From: Azolla caroliniana
Taxonomy: Eukaryota; Plantae; Polypodiophyta
Length of the DNA stretch: 51,662 nt
Assembly (NCBI GenBank): GCA_043228905.1
Contig: JBHGNT010000215.1
Coordinates: forward strand, 1-51,662
Direction: 5' to 3'
The notes beneath the pieces are model-generated. The model did not search any database. It saw only the letters and a list, made by a program, of their open reading frames with translations, and had not been told where the DNA came from. The position numbers were made by a program, and so were the translations under genes. Below, piece by piece: positions 39,434 through 51,662 of this stretch. Each line of letters opens with the position of its first letter. Positions within the stretch are counted from its first letter, which is position 1.

Positions 39434-40933
39434 TGTCGCGAAAATACGACGAGGATACGTGAACGTTAAGGCAAGACCCCGGGGCCTTTGACTAGAAGAT
39501 ATCAAATTCGTGTATTTATATACTAAGAATTAACCGAAATGAGAAAGATTAACAAATTTCATTAACAAGTAGAAAGAAAGATTACAATTAATCCCAAGAT
39601 TGGGATTACAAAAAGTTTGCTAATGTAGAGGGCTAGAGTAATAGATTAGAGGAAATTAAGATATAAATTCTATAGAAAATTAGGGTTTTTGGCTTTGACA
39701 AGAGATTATGGTTTTATGAGCTGAATAGCTTCCGTATGGAAATTTAGGGTTATGAGTAAGATATGGCTTTCGTAAGGAAATTAGGGTTTTACTTGAGAGA
39801 TATGGCTTCGATAAGATAGGGGAGCTCCGAAGGAAAAGAAAAACAATATAATATATATAGAGAGCCTGAGTGTAGGAAAAAAAATGGAATTTTATATGGA
39901 GTTCCCCCTTGATCATCTGCATGTCCACTTTTTGTTGCATGGCCTCTACTTTTAGTTGTTTAGCTTTTTCTTTTAGTTGCATCTATTTTTAGTTGCATGA
40001 CTTTTTCGTTTAGTTGCATGTGACCGTCCACATGACCTTTACTTTTTGCATGCACTCCAACTTTAGTTGCTTGCGTCCACATGGCCTTTACTTTAGTTCT
40101 CTTCACTTTACTTTAGTTTGTTGCATGATCCAATCTTCCGTCCGTCCGCGTCCAACCTCGTCTGGTAGCCAGTTCCGCCCGATCACCGAATCCCTCGTCG
40201 GCCGGTTCCATTTTGCTTGCCGATCGGTTCCGATTTTGCTTGCCGACCGATTCCAGTTCCAGTTTGCTTGCCGGTTGCGGTTGCGGTTGCGGTTTTGCTT
40301 ACCGGCCAATTTCTGGTTTTGCTTACCAACCAGTTTCCGGATTCCGGTTTTGCTTGCCAGCCGGTTCCAGTTCCGGTTCCAGTTTTGCTTGTCGGCCGGT
40401 TCCGGTTCCGGTTTGCATACTGGTCAGTTTCCGGTTCCAGTTTGTTTGCCGGTTCCGGTTCCGGTTTTGCTTACCGGCCTGTTTCCGGTTTGCATACCGG
40501 CCGGTTTCTGGATTTGCTTACCGGACCGGTTTCCGGATTTGTTTACCGGTCAGTTTCCGATTTTAGGGAATTTGGCCACCATCATCCATCAAGACAAAGT
40601 GGCCAAAGTGCTCTTAGCACAAATGAAAAATGAGGGAGCTCAAGGTGCTTATATAGCCAAGGGCTTAACTTTCCTATCTATATGGGATAGTTCTAATTTC
40701 CCTATCTTCTTAAACTTTATTTTCACTTTCCTATCTATGTGGGATAGTTCTAATTTCCCTATCTTCTCAAAGTTTATTTTCACATAACTTGATATGTATT
40801 TCTCCATTTTGTATATAGTAAAAAACGTTTTGAAGCTCTTGAGTATATCCATATTTCTATAGTAAGCTACTAATCTAATCTATAATAATTATTTCATTAT
40901 TTTTTTACATAGTGTGTGAAGATTCACACGACA
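39434..40933 (-). mobile_element. Solo LTR (1.5 kb, likely gypsy) with a CCGGTT-rich repeat at ~40170-40560
   Basis: TGTCG...CGACA inverted termini; 4-bp TSD CCGG/CCAG; removing it restores the copia codons E-P-E. Confidence 0.8.
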
Positions 40934-43900
40934 CCAGCTCACACACTACCGCCACTTTCGTCATATACGCATAGTGATGCGCCATGTACTCATTATATCT
41001 ATACCTTTTGACGGGGTTCCTATGGCGGGTCATCGGCATAACTTCGCGTTCGCCGATCGCAAGGCCCTCTTGGCCGACTTGGACTTCATTTCCGAAGGTT
41101 TGTCTTCGTTCCGTCCGAAGTCGGATTCGCTCTGATCTGACTCGTCTCTGCCAGTGGCGTATTTCAGCATCTTCTTCTTCCCCTTTTCCTTGCGTGTGAA
41201 CCGCCTTCCCGGTTCCTTACGCTGGGAGAGCACAGTCGAGTCGTCGCTGCTCGTCGGCTCATCATCTTGGTGGTCCTTCGGACTAAGCACTTCATTCGGC
41301 CCACTCAGTCAAAAGGAGATCGGACTCTCATCTAGAGTACTGAATCCTTCGTCATCTTCTACCCGAATCGTTTCGGGCTCACTGGCCTCATCCTCTGGAA
41401 TCGGATCAAAGTCGGACATCGGGGTCAAGAGAGAGTACCATGATGCCGACTCATCAAATTCCACATCTCGGCTCACTCGAACTTGTTTTGTTCGGGGGTT
41501 AGAGCACTTACAACCCTTTTTCTCATGTGAGTAGCTGACTAGGATGCACTTCTCCGACTTTGGGTCCAACTTTCTCCGCTTCTCATCCGCTACATGCACA
41601 TATGCTATGCTACCGAATATCCTAAGGTGCCTTAAATTTGGCTTCCGCCCAAAATACAACTCATGTGCTGACACCTTATCCCCGATTCGGTTTTCGATGT
41701 AGACGGTCGTCCATTCCGCTTTGGCCCAGTGGAACTTGGGCATGGTTTTCTCTTCCAACATTGCTCGTGTCACCTCCACAATTGACCGGTTCTTTCTTTC
41801 GGCCTCACCATTTTGTTCTGGTGCGTATTTGCAACTGAATTCTCTCCAAATTCCCATTTGTTGCAGATAACTGTTGAATTGGCTGGAAAAATATTCTTTT
41901 CCCCCATCCGACCACATGCACTTAATCTTCCTCTTTGTTTCCTGTTCGATGAGACTTTGCAGGTTCTGGAAACAATCGAAGACTTCGCTTTTCTTCTCGA
42001 TGAGGTAGATCCACGTGAGTTGGCTGTAGTCATCGATGAAGGAGACGAAATATCGGCTCCCACCAAGACTAGCGTTCTATGTCGGTTCCCATACATCCGA
42101 ATGTATTAGATCGATCTTGTGGAGGCTCCGGTTTCTTTCGGTGGGGAATGGAAACCGGTGTTGCTTCCCGAGTTGGCAGGCTTCACATATTTGGGCCTTC
42201 CGGCCATTGAATTTTGGCAATCCGAAAGCAACTTGTTTCGATTGCAGGGCTTGAAGCCTCTCTGGTAGTTGACGTGGCCGATCCTCTTGTGCTAGAGATC
42301 GATGTCCGATATGATATTTTTTCCTTTTGCAAATATAGCGATGCCGATGCCGTTGGTGTTGAGGATGAACATCCTCCCATCATGGCGCCCTTGCGCAATT
42401 ATTTGACCTTCTTCCTCGATGAAGCACCCAAGGTGCGTAAACCGCACTTGCATCCCCTGGTCGACGATAGGCCCGACCGATACCAAGTTCTTTGTGATTG
42501 TCGGGACGTGAAGCACGTTCATAAGCTTCCCTTTTTGTCCGACATGACTCAAGGGAACTTCTCTGACATGCAAGATCGGTTGAGGAGTGTTGTCTCCGGT
42601 TTCGACAACTACCGGTTGCTCTGGCTTTTCCAAAAACGAGAACCACTCTTCGTGGCTCTTCATATGGTTAGAAGCTCCGGTGTCAACATACCACACTTCG
42701 TCCGATTTTGAAGTGATCTTCTTCATCGAGTTAGCCTTGTGCCTCATCACAAAGGTTGGCCCTTTTTCGGTCTTCCCGGTTCTTGATCCTTCCGATCCTT
42801 CAGCATAGTGCGAGCTTTGACGGTTCCCTTTTCTGGTCTTACCGGATCTAGATCTGTCCGAATCGGCGCGCTTCTTCCAGCACTCGCTCTCTCGGTGGCC
42901 TTTCTTGCCACAATACCAGCATTTTGTATCGTCTTTTGATTGCCGATTTTCAGCGCCGCTTTGACTCCCCCTGCTTGTGGCGGATCCGGAACTGCTGTCA
43001 ACACTATCTTTGTGCCTCTGATTCTGCTCTTGTCGGCCACTTGCATTGCTTGCCGATAAACCTCATCCTCCACACCCATGGGGCCGATCCGCCTCCGTGT
43101 ACAACATCCGGTTGTCCGATTGAGTGGTCCTTGACCCACTCGCGTGGTTTTCTTCGACCATGGGCATCGATTTCAAGTCGAAGAAGGACGATGGTTTCTC
43201 CCAGATGCAAATTGCCTTCCGGATTGGCCCGTACCGTTGTGCTAGACCACCGAGGCAGATATGGACCATCTCGTCCTCGTCCATTGTCACATTGATGGAA
43301 CTGAGCGTGTAGCAGATCTCCTTGATCTTGGTGGTGTAGTCGGTGATCGACACTTCCCTTTCCGAATGTTGTTGAGCTCTTGCAAGAGCTACAACTTTCG
43401 GGTTGTGGTACTTGCAGTGAAAATCTTCCAGAGATTTTCCTAGGCCTCCTTTGGTGATTTTGCATCTATGATGTAGCCAAGCATCTGGTCATGCACATAT
43501 GATGGGAGGCAGTACAACACCCTGCTCGCTCCTTGTTCCCAAACCGAGAAGTCCTTGTGTGCCGAATCCGACGCTGCTTCATTTGCTCCTTTCACGTAGC
43601 TCCAGTATCCATGCCCCAACAAGTATTGGTGCATTTTATATGACCAGGACGCATAGTTGCTCCAATCGAGCTTTTCTATTGGAAGCAAGTTCGCCATTCT
43701 TTTGTCCATACCTTCTTTTTTCGGTCTATTCTTTTACCAATGGTTAGGGTTTGTCTTGAGAGACAAACCGGACCAGTCGGGTAACAACAATAAAACAGAG
43801 AAAGAAGGTTTAATGGAAGCTAAAGAATAGAGAATACATCGGAGAGACAAACTGAGCAGAAAGCATAAACTCAATTCAAATTAATAACACTATGTAAATA

Positions 43901-46900
43901 GGATGTGCTTAGTGAGCACTTTTATACAAGTCCTTAAAAGGACTGACAAAAGTACTAACAAGAACTTTCGTATACCGATCCGGATCCGGTTGAGCTTGTT
44001 CGTTGGGTGTCGGAGAAGAAGATTGCAAACTCTGGGTCGATCAACAGAGATCGGTCGGAAGATGACACTCGAAGAACCGACTTACTTTCTAATTTTTCTG
44101 CTTTCTTCCATAAAGTGATTGGGACTCCGTTGTGGCCAAGCTCTATTTCGCACAGAGGTGGACAAGGTCTGATTCACGAAAATAACTCCCAATTTCGGCA
44201 ACAAGACAGAAGCCATCAAGGAACTTTTGGAAGAAGGGGGAGACACCATGTCAGTCCAAGCCAACAAAACTCGATCGAATGCAAATATTGTGGCAAAATC
44301 GGCCACCACGAAGAAGAGTGTTGAAAGAAGATGTGCGAGTCGACTTCCACTAGCCGAAACTAACTAATTACACCACCAATTCCGACTATGACAACCATGG
44401 CGGAATGTTCATGATGAGACATAGAGAAACTTCTATGTAGGCCTTTACTTCAACTAGTGCTTCTGGTTCGGAAGATATATGGTTTGTCGACTCCGGTGCC
44501 TCGAACCATATGACGTCACATCAAGAATGGTTTTGAGAACTTCGAGAGCCGGATCGACCCGACAATGTCGAAACTGGAGATGACATTACTCATCTGATTT
44601 GGCACATCAGCAATGTTCCATTCCGCAAAGAAGGTAACCTAACTTACGTTAAGAATGTCTTGCATGTATTGACCATCATGAAGAATTTGGTCTCAGTTGG
44701 CCAAATTGTGGAGCAAGGCATGAAAGTTTGATTTAACTAAGGCGGTTGCTTCATCAAAAAATAGGGTCGACTCATCGCTCGCAATCAAAGGGAAGGTTGA
44801 ATGTTCATTCTTGAGGATTGGCCATGTTTGCAAAAGGCACCAAAGCCGACACAGACATAGAGTTGTGGCACAAGAGGATTGGCCACATCAATCTCAATAA
44901 ACTCAAGGCAATGCAATTGAAAGGAGTCATCATCAGGCACCCAACCTTCAAAGAGAACGAGATTGAAGGCGTATGTGTAGCCTGCCAATTGGCAAGCAAC
45001 ATCGCCACCTGTTCCCGAAAGAGAGGAACGTGAGCAAAGACGTACTTGACGTAATTCATTGCGATGTATGGGGACCATCTCAAACGACAACATTCGGAGG
45101 ATGTCGATACTATGTCACCTTTATCGACGACTTCTCCAGGCATACATGGATCTTCCCCATGCGACAAAAGAGTAAAGTGTTCTCACACTTCCAAAAATTC
45201 AAGAGTGGAGTCCAAAAGGAAATAGGTCGACATGTAAGATGTCTTCAGTCGGACAGAGGAAAAAAGTACTTCTCTGACGAATTTTTTGCATTTCTCTAGA
45301 AAGAAGGAATTCAATGAGAGTTTTCGTGTTGACATACATCACAACAAAAAGGAGTAGTTGAATGCAAAAATCGACACATTCTGAAAGTAGCACGGGCCAT
45401 GATGAACAAAAAGAATATGCCAAAGTCATATTGGGCCGAAGCAGCAAATATTGTCGTCTACCTCATGAACCGGAGGTCACGTCGCACGAAAAGTACTATG
45501 GAAAGAAGCCGGATCTGCCCCATGTTAGGATATTCGGCTCACTTGCATACGTGCACATCCCCGAAGAGAAGCGGCAAAAGCTAGATCCCAAGTCGGAGAA
45601 ATATATCTTCATAGGGTACTCATTGGAGCAAAAGGGGTACAAATACTTCAACCCCTCTACTTGGAATGTTCGAGTGAGGCGGAATGTCATTTTTGACAAA
45701 TCAACATCATTACAAACCAGAGACGATTCCGACTCCAACCCCAATCGACCCGGAATCGGCCGAACAAGAGATAGAAGATGGAGATCGACTCGAACACATG
45801 TTCAAAGAAATCCCAATTATGATAAGGCTTAGTCGTCCACAAGAGCTCCCGAGCAACCAAAGCACATCTCATCCTAGTCCGATGATGGACAAAGGCAAGG
45901 CGAAAATGTCGGAATATGAAGACAATCAATTTGACAGCAACAAATCAACTCACTCCCTTGACAATGAGTTCAGTGGCTTCGATGTACCTATCATGAGGAC
46001 ACTTGATGTAAAGAAAGCCATTGCCACGGCAAACGATTAACTCCGTCACTCCACCCGCGAGAAGAATCCTGTTAACCGATTCGGCTACAATGATTATATG
46101 GCATACCACTATGCCTTTATGATGAAGGTGGCGACAATTTGAGAACCGGAAAGTTTTTTCGAAGTAGCCAAGGATCCATGCTAGGTCGAAGCAATGAACG
46201 AAGAGATGCACACACTATGCAAGAATGAGACATGGGATCTCGCCCCCCACTCACTGCACTCGCACTGGCGAAAAGGTGGCACCTCCATTAGATGGACATC
46301 AAGAATGTCTTTCTTCAAGGCGAATTAGAAGAGGTGTACATGGTACACCCATCCGGCTTTGAATCCAACATTCATCTGAAAGTTTTATGCCAACTCAGAA
46401 AGCCTCCCTACGGCCTTAAGCAAGCACCAGGTGCTTGACATTCGAAGATAACACAATATCTTCATCGAATTAGCTTCCGAATGTTGAAATCCAACAACTC
46501 CCTCTACATAAGAAGTGATTCTGAAAGTCCGATTGTCATCATTCTATATGTGGATGATTTGGTCATTGGAGGTGAAAATCTAGTCGACATCTACAAGGTC
46601 AAGTCCCTCCTCGTTGGCAAATTCGAGATGACAGACATGAAGGAGCTCCATTACTTCCTTGGCATCGAGGTAATGCGGACTCCAGCCGGCATTATGAACT
46701 CTTAACGACACTACATCCTTAACTTGTTATACAAGTTCGGGATGACTGAGTGTAAATCGGTTGCGACCCCTCTCGACCGAAATCTCAAACATGATGTCGA
46801 CTCTGACACAGAAGAGTGCGAGCAGACTCAATATTGACAATTGATCAGGAGCCTCATCTATCTCACGGTCACTTGACCTAACCTTAGCTACCTAGTCGGT

Positions 46901-48009
46901 CTGCTCAACCAATTCATGCAAAAACCACGAGACATTCGCTTCGATTATGTTAAGCGAGTATTACGATACATGATTGGCACAATGGATTGTGGTATTCTCT
47001 ACGAATCGGCCACAGCAAATCGACTCGAAGGGTACACAGATGCCAATTGGGCCAGTTACAGAGCCGATTGACGATCGACCTCCGGATTTATTTTCTCCCT
47101 CGGCTACGGAGCGATTTCGTGGAGTAGCAAGAAGCAGCCGACTGTTGCACTTTCAAGCATAGAGGCCGAATATAGTGATGCAGTCGTGGTTGCACATGAG
47201 GCCATATGGCTCAAGAGGATTTTGAAGGATCTAGGCATTCCCGTCAAGGATCTAACTCCCCACTACTGGCTCAAAACCCGGTGTTCCACGCATGCAGGAA
47301 GCATATCGAAGTGCACTATCAATTCATTCGAGAGCACGTTTGCGTAGGTGATGTCGACCTTCAACACATTAGCACACATCTTTAGACAGCCGACATCTTC
47401 ACCAAAGCCTTAGGAGCTGACAAGCTTCGACAATTCATGTCAAACCTTGGATTGACGATCCTTGACTTGCCAAATTGAGGGAGAGTACAAGAGAGAACCG
47501 GGTACCAGCCGCAGTGGACACCGGATATCGTCTGAACCGGATATTAGCCAAAGCAAACATCAACCGAAAGGAGCCGACCAAGTTGAGCTTGAGGGGGTGT
47601 GTTTAGAATCAAGCTCAACTTTATGTGTGAACATACCCTTTGAGAATCTATGAGCACTCAAAGGTCAAAAGTCACACCACTACTCTCTACACATTAACTA
47701 TGTCATATAAACATATTCTATGACACATAATTAATGAGTTTCATATTCCCCATGACTAATGAGTCTCCACATTCCCCAAGAGAGAGTGGGTGTTGTGGTG
47801 AGTTAATGAAGAGAGCGGTGACCTTATATAAAGCCCCCTCCTCTTACTTCATAGAGGGTCGGTTGTCCTCCCTAGTAATGCTACATTTTTGTATCTCATA
47901 TTCCTTGTTAATATACATCTTCTTCTTGAGCATTCTTTTTTTTTTTCATTCTATTTAATCTAACTTGTGTTTCTCTCCTCTCCGCTCTCTTACACACATA
48001 CACACACAA

Positions 48010-48276
48010 ATAGTTATGATGACTGGATAAATACTCATTTTGTCGTAAACCAATTGTCTTTTGGGCCAATTTTGGCCTTAGAAGACATTAATATTTCTTT
48101 CTTTCTTTCTTTCTCCTATGACACATATTCTTTAAGTAGTTAAGACTCTATCTCTTTCTCAAGAGGTGTCTCTAGTGAGAGAATCTAGAGAGAAGGTGAT
48201 TGCATAAGCACCTTCTCCTTCTCTTTGTAATGTTGGTCATTCTTGCTTCCTTGTAATACAATTTTCTGTTTTTCTG

Positions 48277-48311
<35 letters not shown>

Positions 48312-48384
48312 CACACACACACACACACATACAGTTCTTCTACTACACAAAATCCATCCGATTCTTTATAGATTTGTTTTTACA
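48010..48384 (+). mobile_element. 3' part of another LTR-like sequence with (CT)n(CA)n
   Basis: U5-like composition ending in TTTTACA. No partner or TSD found. Confidence 0.35.
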
Positions 48385-48403
48385 GGCTTTCCATGTCCCT
48401 TTT

Positions 48404-49300
48404 TGTTAAGAATAACGTGCGGAAGCTTGTAGACAAACCGTCTCAGTCGAATTCCAACAATAAAACAGAGTGAAGGTTTAATGGAAGCTTAAGAACAAAG
48501 AATACACATGATAGGCAGAGAGAGCAAAAAGCATAAACTCAATTCAAAATAATAACATTGTACATACAATGTGCTCAGTGAGCACTTTTATACAAGTCCT
48601 TAAAAGTACTGACAAGTACTTCAATGCTCATACAAGCGACTGATGCTTACTCCTAAAACTATGCCTACGTACTAGGTTAGATTCGTAGGCCTCTAACGGC
48701 CTATTGGTTCCAATCTGATACAGCTCCTGCTTCTAGACTCCGATCCGATTCTCCATTCTGGACTCCGATCCGGCTCTAGCTTATTCAATCGATCCAGATC
48801 TGGTTGAGCTTGTCCACTCAACACTCCCCCTCAAGCTTAACTTGAGGTCTGGTCACAGTATCTGTGTTTGTGTCTATGGTAGTCGGTCCTCTCCTCCACT
48901 CCCCCTCATGTCCTCCTGCCTATCTCTCGCTCCTCGTCCGGTCCGGTTCCACTTTCCACGACCCGTCCGGTTCCGTGTATCTCAACCTTCTCAGTCGGCT
49001 TGTCTGATCAGAAGACCCATCTCAACTCCTTTGATGTTGCGACTTTGGCGCGTCTCCACCGTCGGTTTCTCCATGTTGGCTCCTCCGTCTGTTGCAACTT
49101 CTGAGCCATGGTACTTACGGCGAAAATCATCCGGAGATTTTCCTAGGCCTCTTTCGGCGTTTTTGCATCCTTCATGTAGCCAAGCATCTGTTCATGCACA
49201 CAAAATGCGAGACAATACAATACTCTGCTTGCGCCTTGTTCCCATACCGGGAAGTTCTTGTGTGTCGAATCCAGCGCTACTACATTTGCTCCTTCCACGT
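48404..49300 (-). mobile_element. Family-A copia: 3' LTR 48404-48823, PPT, 3' region fused to a gag fragment
   Basis: TG...CTCAACA-CTCCCCCTCAAG. A gag-like reverse-complement sequence at 49110-49300 is interrupted by the gypsy LTR. Confidence 0.85.
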
Positions 49301-51662
49301 TGTCGTGAAGATCCGCCACTACGCTGTCGTGAAGAAAACCGTCCCTTAGCGTAATCGGTGCATAGCGCGCGTGAACCGGCTCTTCACGCGTGCGCGCCCT
49401 TTAATGTATACAATAGAGAATGGGGTACAAAGGTATATCCTAGGTAGTTAGATTCGGTAGGTAGGAAGTTAATGAGGGAAACAGCTCCCCTCTTGAAGCT
49501 ATAAAAGAGAGGGAGACGCGGGGAGACAGATATATAAAATTTTATTGAGGAGGACGAAGTGTTGTCGGACCGAAACCGAACGCTTCTCCTCTGTTCGTTC
49601 TCCATCGCTCTTCTCTGCAGGTTTTCGGGAGGCTCACGCTGCTTCGAGGAACGCCCGTGTGCTTCCAGTAGCACCTCCATCCTATCCCCTTTCGTGCGCA
49701 GACGAGTAGGCATCGGCATCTGTTCGCCGGCCTATTCGGTTGTAACCGCTCGCGTGCTCTATTGTTTATTTGTCATTCATTAATATACAAACATTCGTGT
49801 CTCTCTGTCTCTGTGTCCATTCGTGTCTTCTACGTTGACAGGGTCGTGTCCCTGTGTTTCTTTGCTCATACGTAACCGGGCGTCTCTCTCTTTCTCTTTC
49901 CCCTTCTATCACCTGCTCTTTGGTTCAAGACCCCGGTGGTCCCGCCTCGTTCTCCACGCACGCGCGTAGCAACGCGACATCTTTGGTGAACCCGACGTGA
50001 ACAAGGCGGCAGAGGAGCAGAAGATGAGGGGGTCGGATCTTGCAGAGGTACGGCTCCTGGAGAAATACGGGCTCGATGACACGCTTCGGCTTTCGAAGCG
50101 GGGCTTCATGGAGTGGGTGGAGTCCCCCAACAAAGGAAGAAATGCGTCGGTACTCCTCTGGGAGTTTGAGGAACGCTTTGCGTGCCTTTCGACACTCGAT
50201 CGGACCGTTCTGGACACAAGTCGTGTCCTACTGTTTGTCAAATCGGTTGACGCACGGGATCGGGAGCAAGTGGGCTCCTTACTGGAAACCGAAGACAGGC
50301 TGACGGCCGACTGGGCCGCGGTAAAAAGAGTCTGCGGCCGTTTTGACAAACGGTGGGAGTGGGCTGATACAGGGGCGACCGGGGCGGGTCCTGTCACGGC
50401 AAGGAAGCTCGAACCGATACCACAGGCGCGAAGGGAAGAGACCCGGGAGTGGCTCAAAACCGGTTCGGCTTCGACCGGCGTGGTCAAAGGCTCGTCCGGG
50501 GGAACAACTTTGGAGGAGTTGACACGGGCGGTAAAGGATCTCCAGATCGCCCATGCTCGGAGGGAAGGCGGCGAACAGGCTCGTGACCGACGGCCTCCGG
50601 CAGGAAATAGGTGCATGTGGTGCGACGAGGTCGGCCACATCCGGAAAGACTGCGGGGACTTTGCGGAGGCTTTGAGAAGCCGGGTACTGTACCTATGGGA
50701 AGGTCGGGTGCACGCCAGCGATACCCGGAGGGCCCTAAACCGAAACGACGGGCGAGGAGGAATGAAAAGGCTGATGGAAGAGGCGGCGGCCCGACACGCG
50801 GAGACCGTCCACTACTCGGCGTCAGCTGGTATTCGGGTCGGAGGCAGCGAGGCCCGGAAGGAGAGCAAAGTCGGGTTCTGGCCGACGATGCTGGAAGGCC
50901 TCGCCGGTGCCCGACTACGGAAAGAAGAGGCGGACTGCGCGGAGAAGTGGGTCCAGGAGGTAACCGGGTGGAGTGACCTGGTCGAAGAAAAGACGGGTTT
51001 CGTCGAAGCAGCTTGCCAGCACTACGAGGCTCTGGTTGAAGACAAACGGGTAGGTAAAACCAGAGGGGCCGGACCCTCACAGAGATACGAAACCCGATTC
51101 AGACCGAAACGGAACGAGGCCGGTGAGACTAGTGCCCAGGATAACCACAAGAAGGGCGGATATCGGTTGGGCACGGAGATCGAAAGGACCACGGACCTAC
51201 GAAAGGTCCTGGAAGAACGAATCCTCGACAGCAAGGTGGATTTGTCGTTGCGGAAGGTGCTCGGGATTGCCAAGAAGGAGTTCCACAACTCCATTGTAGA
51301 CTTGGTGAAGAGGAAGAGGTTGTCGACGGAGACAGAACCAGAAAGGCCGGTGGAGGTGCGGACGACGCACATAGAGGACATGGCGCTGGAAGATGAGTGG
51401 GCGAAGAGCCACTATTCGAGGCCACACTAGGCCCAAGCGACCACGGAAACCCCGGTGAAGATCGGAGATGTTCAGGAACCGGTGGTGGCGTTGGTGGACC
51501 ACAGTTCGGAAATAAACCTGATGTCCATGGACTTCTACAAGAAGGGAAATGACCGATCAACACCAAGCACGGGTTGAAGATACGGGCAGCGACGCGCGCC
51601 ACGGAGGAACTACACGGGGCCTGCCCCAACGTGCAAGTCAAGATCGGCGACGTCGAGATAGA
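49301..51662 (+). mobile_element. Ty3/gypsy element 5' part: LTR 49301-49979, tRNA-Trp PBS 49984-50000, gag-protease
   Basis: TGTCG...CGACA; PBS TGGTGAACCCGACGTGA; 477-aa ORF 49997-51430 with CMWCDEVGHIRKDC; protease ALVDHSSEINLMS near 51490. Confidence 0.9.

Larger units (their letters stand above)
33520..44002 (-). mobile_element. Truncated family-A copia (gag-PR-INT; own sequence 33520-33566, 39428-39433, 40934-44002)
   Basis: Gag MANLLPIEKLD, PR WYVDTGASNHM and INT. The reading AHHYAYMTKVAVVCEPE|RYVEAEKDAN continues across both insertions. LTR remnant at ~43760-44002; PBS deleted. Confidence 0.85.
32996..48008 (+). mobile_element. Ty1/copia (family B) hosting nested insertions; own sequence is 32996-~33520 and ~44003-48008
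   Basis: 5' LTR 32996-33457 plus PBS TGGTATTAGAG; matching 3' LTR from 47600 (3'-truncated ~48008) after PPT GAGGGGG; PR WFVDSGASNHM, INT, RT and RH remnants at 44270-47460. Confidence 0.88.

Noticed and set aside
40014-40787. 257-aa ORF and overlapping ORFs
   Set aside because: Product of the CCGGTT low-complexity repeat inside a solo LTR; no domain features.
49909-51641. Long antisense ORFs over gypsy gag (and likewise over the copia pols)
   Set aside because: Shadow ORFs of GC-rich coding sequence with no independent motifs.

Overview
Eukaryotic plant genomic DNA, probably from a non-seed land plant. This host assignment is an inference from the TE families and has not been verified. One host gene is present: the 3' six exons (1-8010, +) of an alpha/beta-hydrolase of the acyl-protein thioesterase/SOBER1-like carboxylesterase family. 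It has an intact Ser-Asp-His triad, a 5.8-kb TE-filled intron and a GC-AG intron. The other ~43 kb is decayed and nested transposable elements. These are: several copies of one Ty1/copia family, two of them structurally complete with TSDs; a related copia family that hosts a multi-tier nest; a Tork-like copia fragment; Ty3/gypsy remnants and solo LTRs, including one element with a tRNA-Trp PBS; LINE remnants; and a Sola-like DDD DNA transposon pseudogene. The Sola-like element has a palindromic satellite inside its intron and lies next to a convergent NIF/FCP1-phosphatase-like pseudogene. That transposase plus putative cargo pair is the most unusual feature. All translations, alignments and mismatch counts were done by eye.
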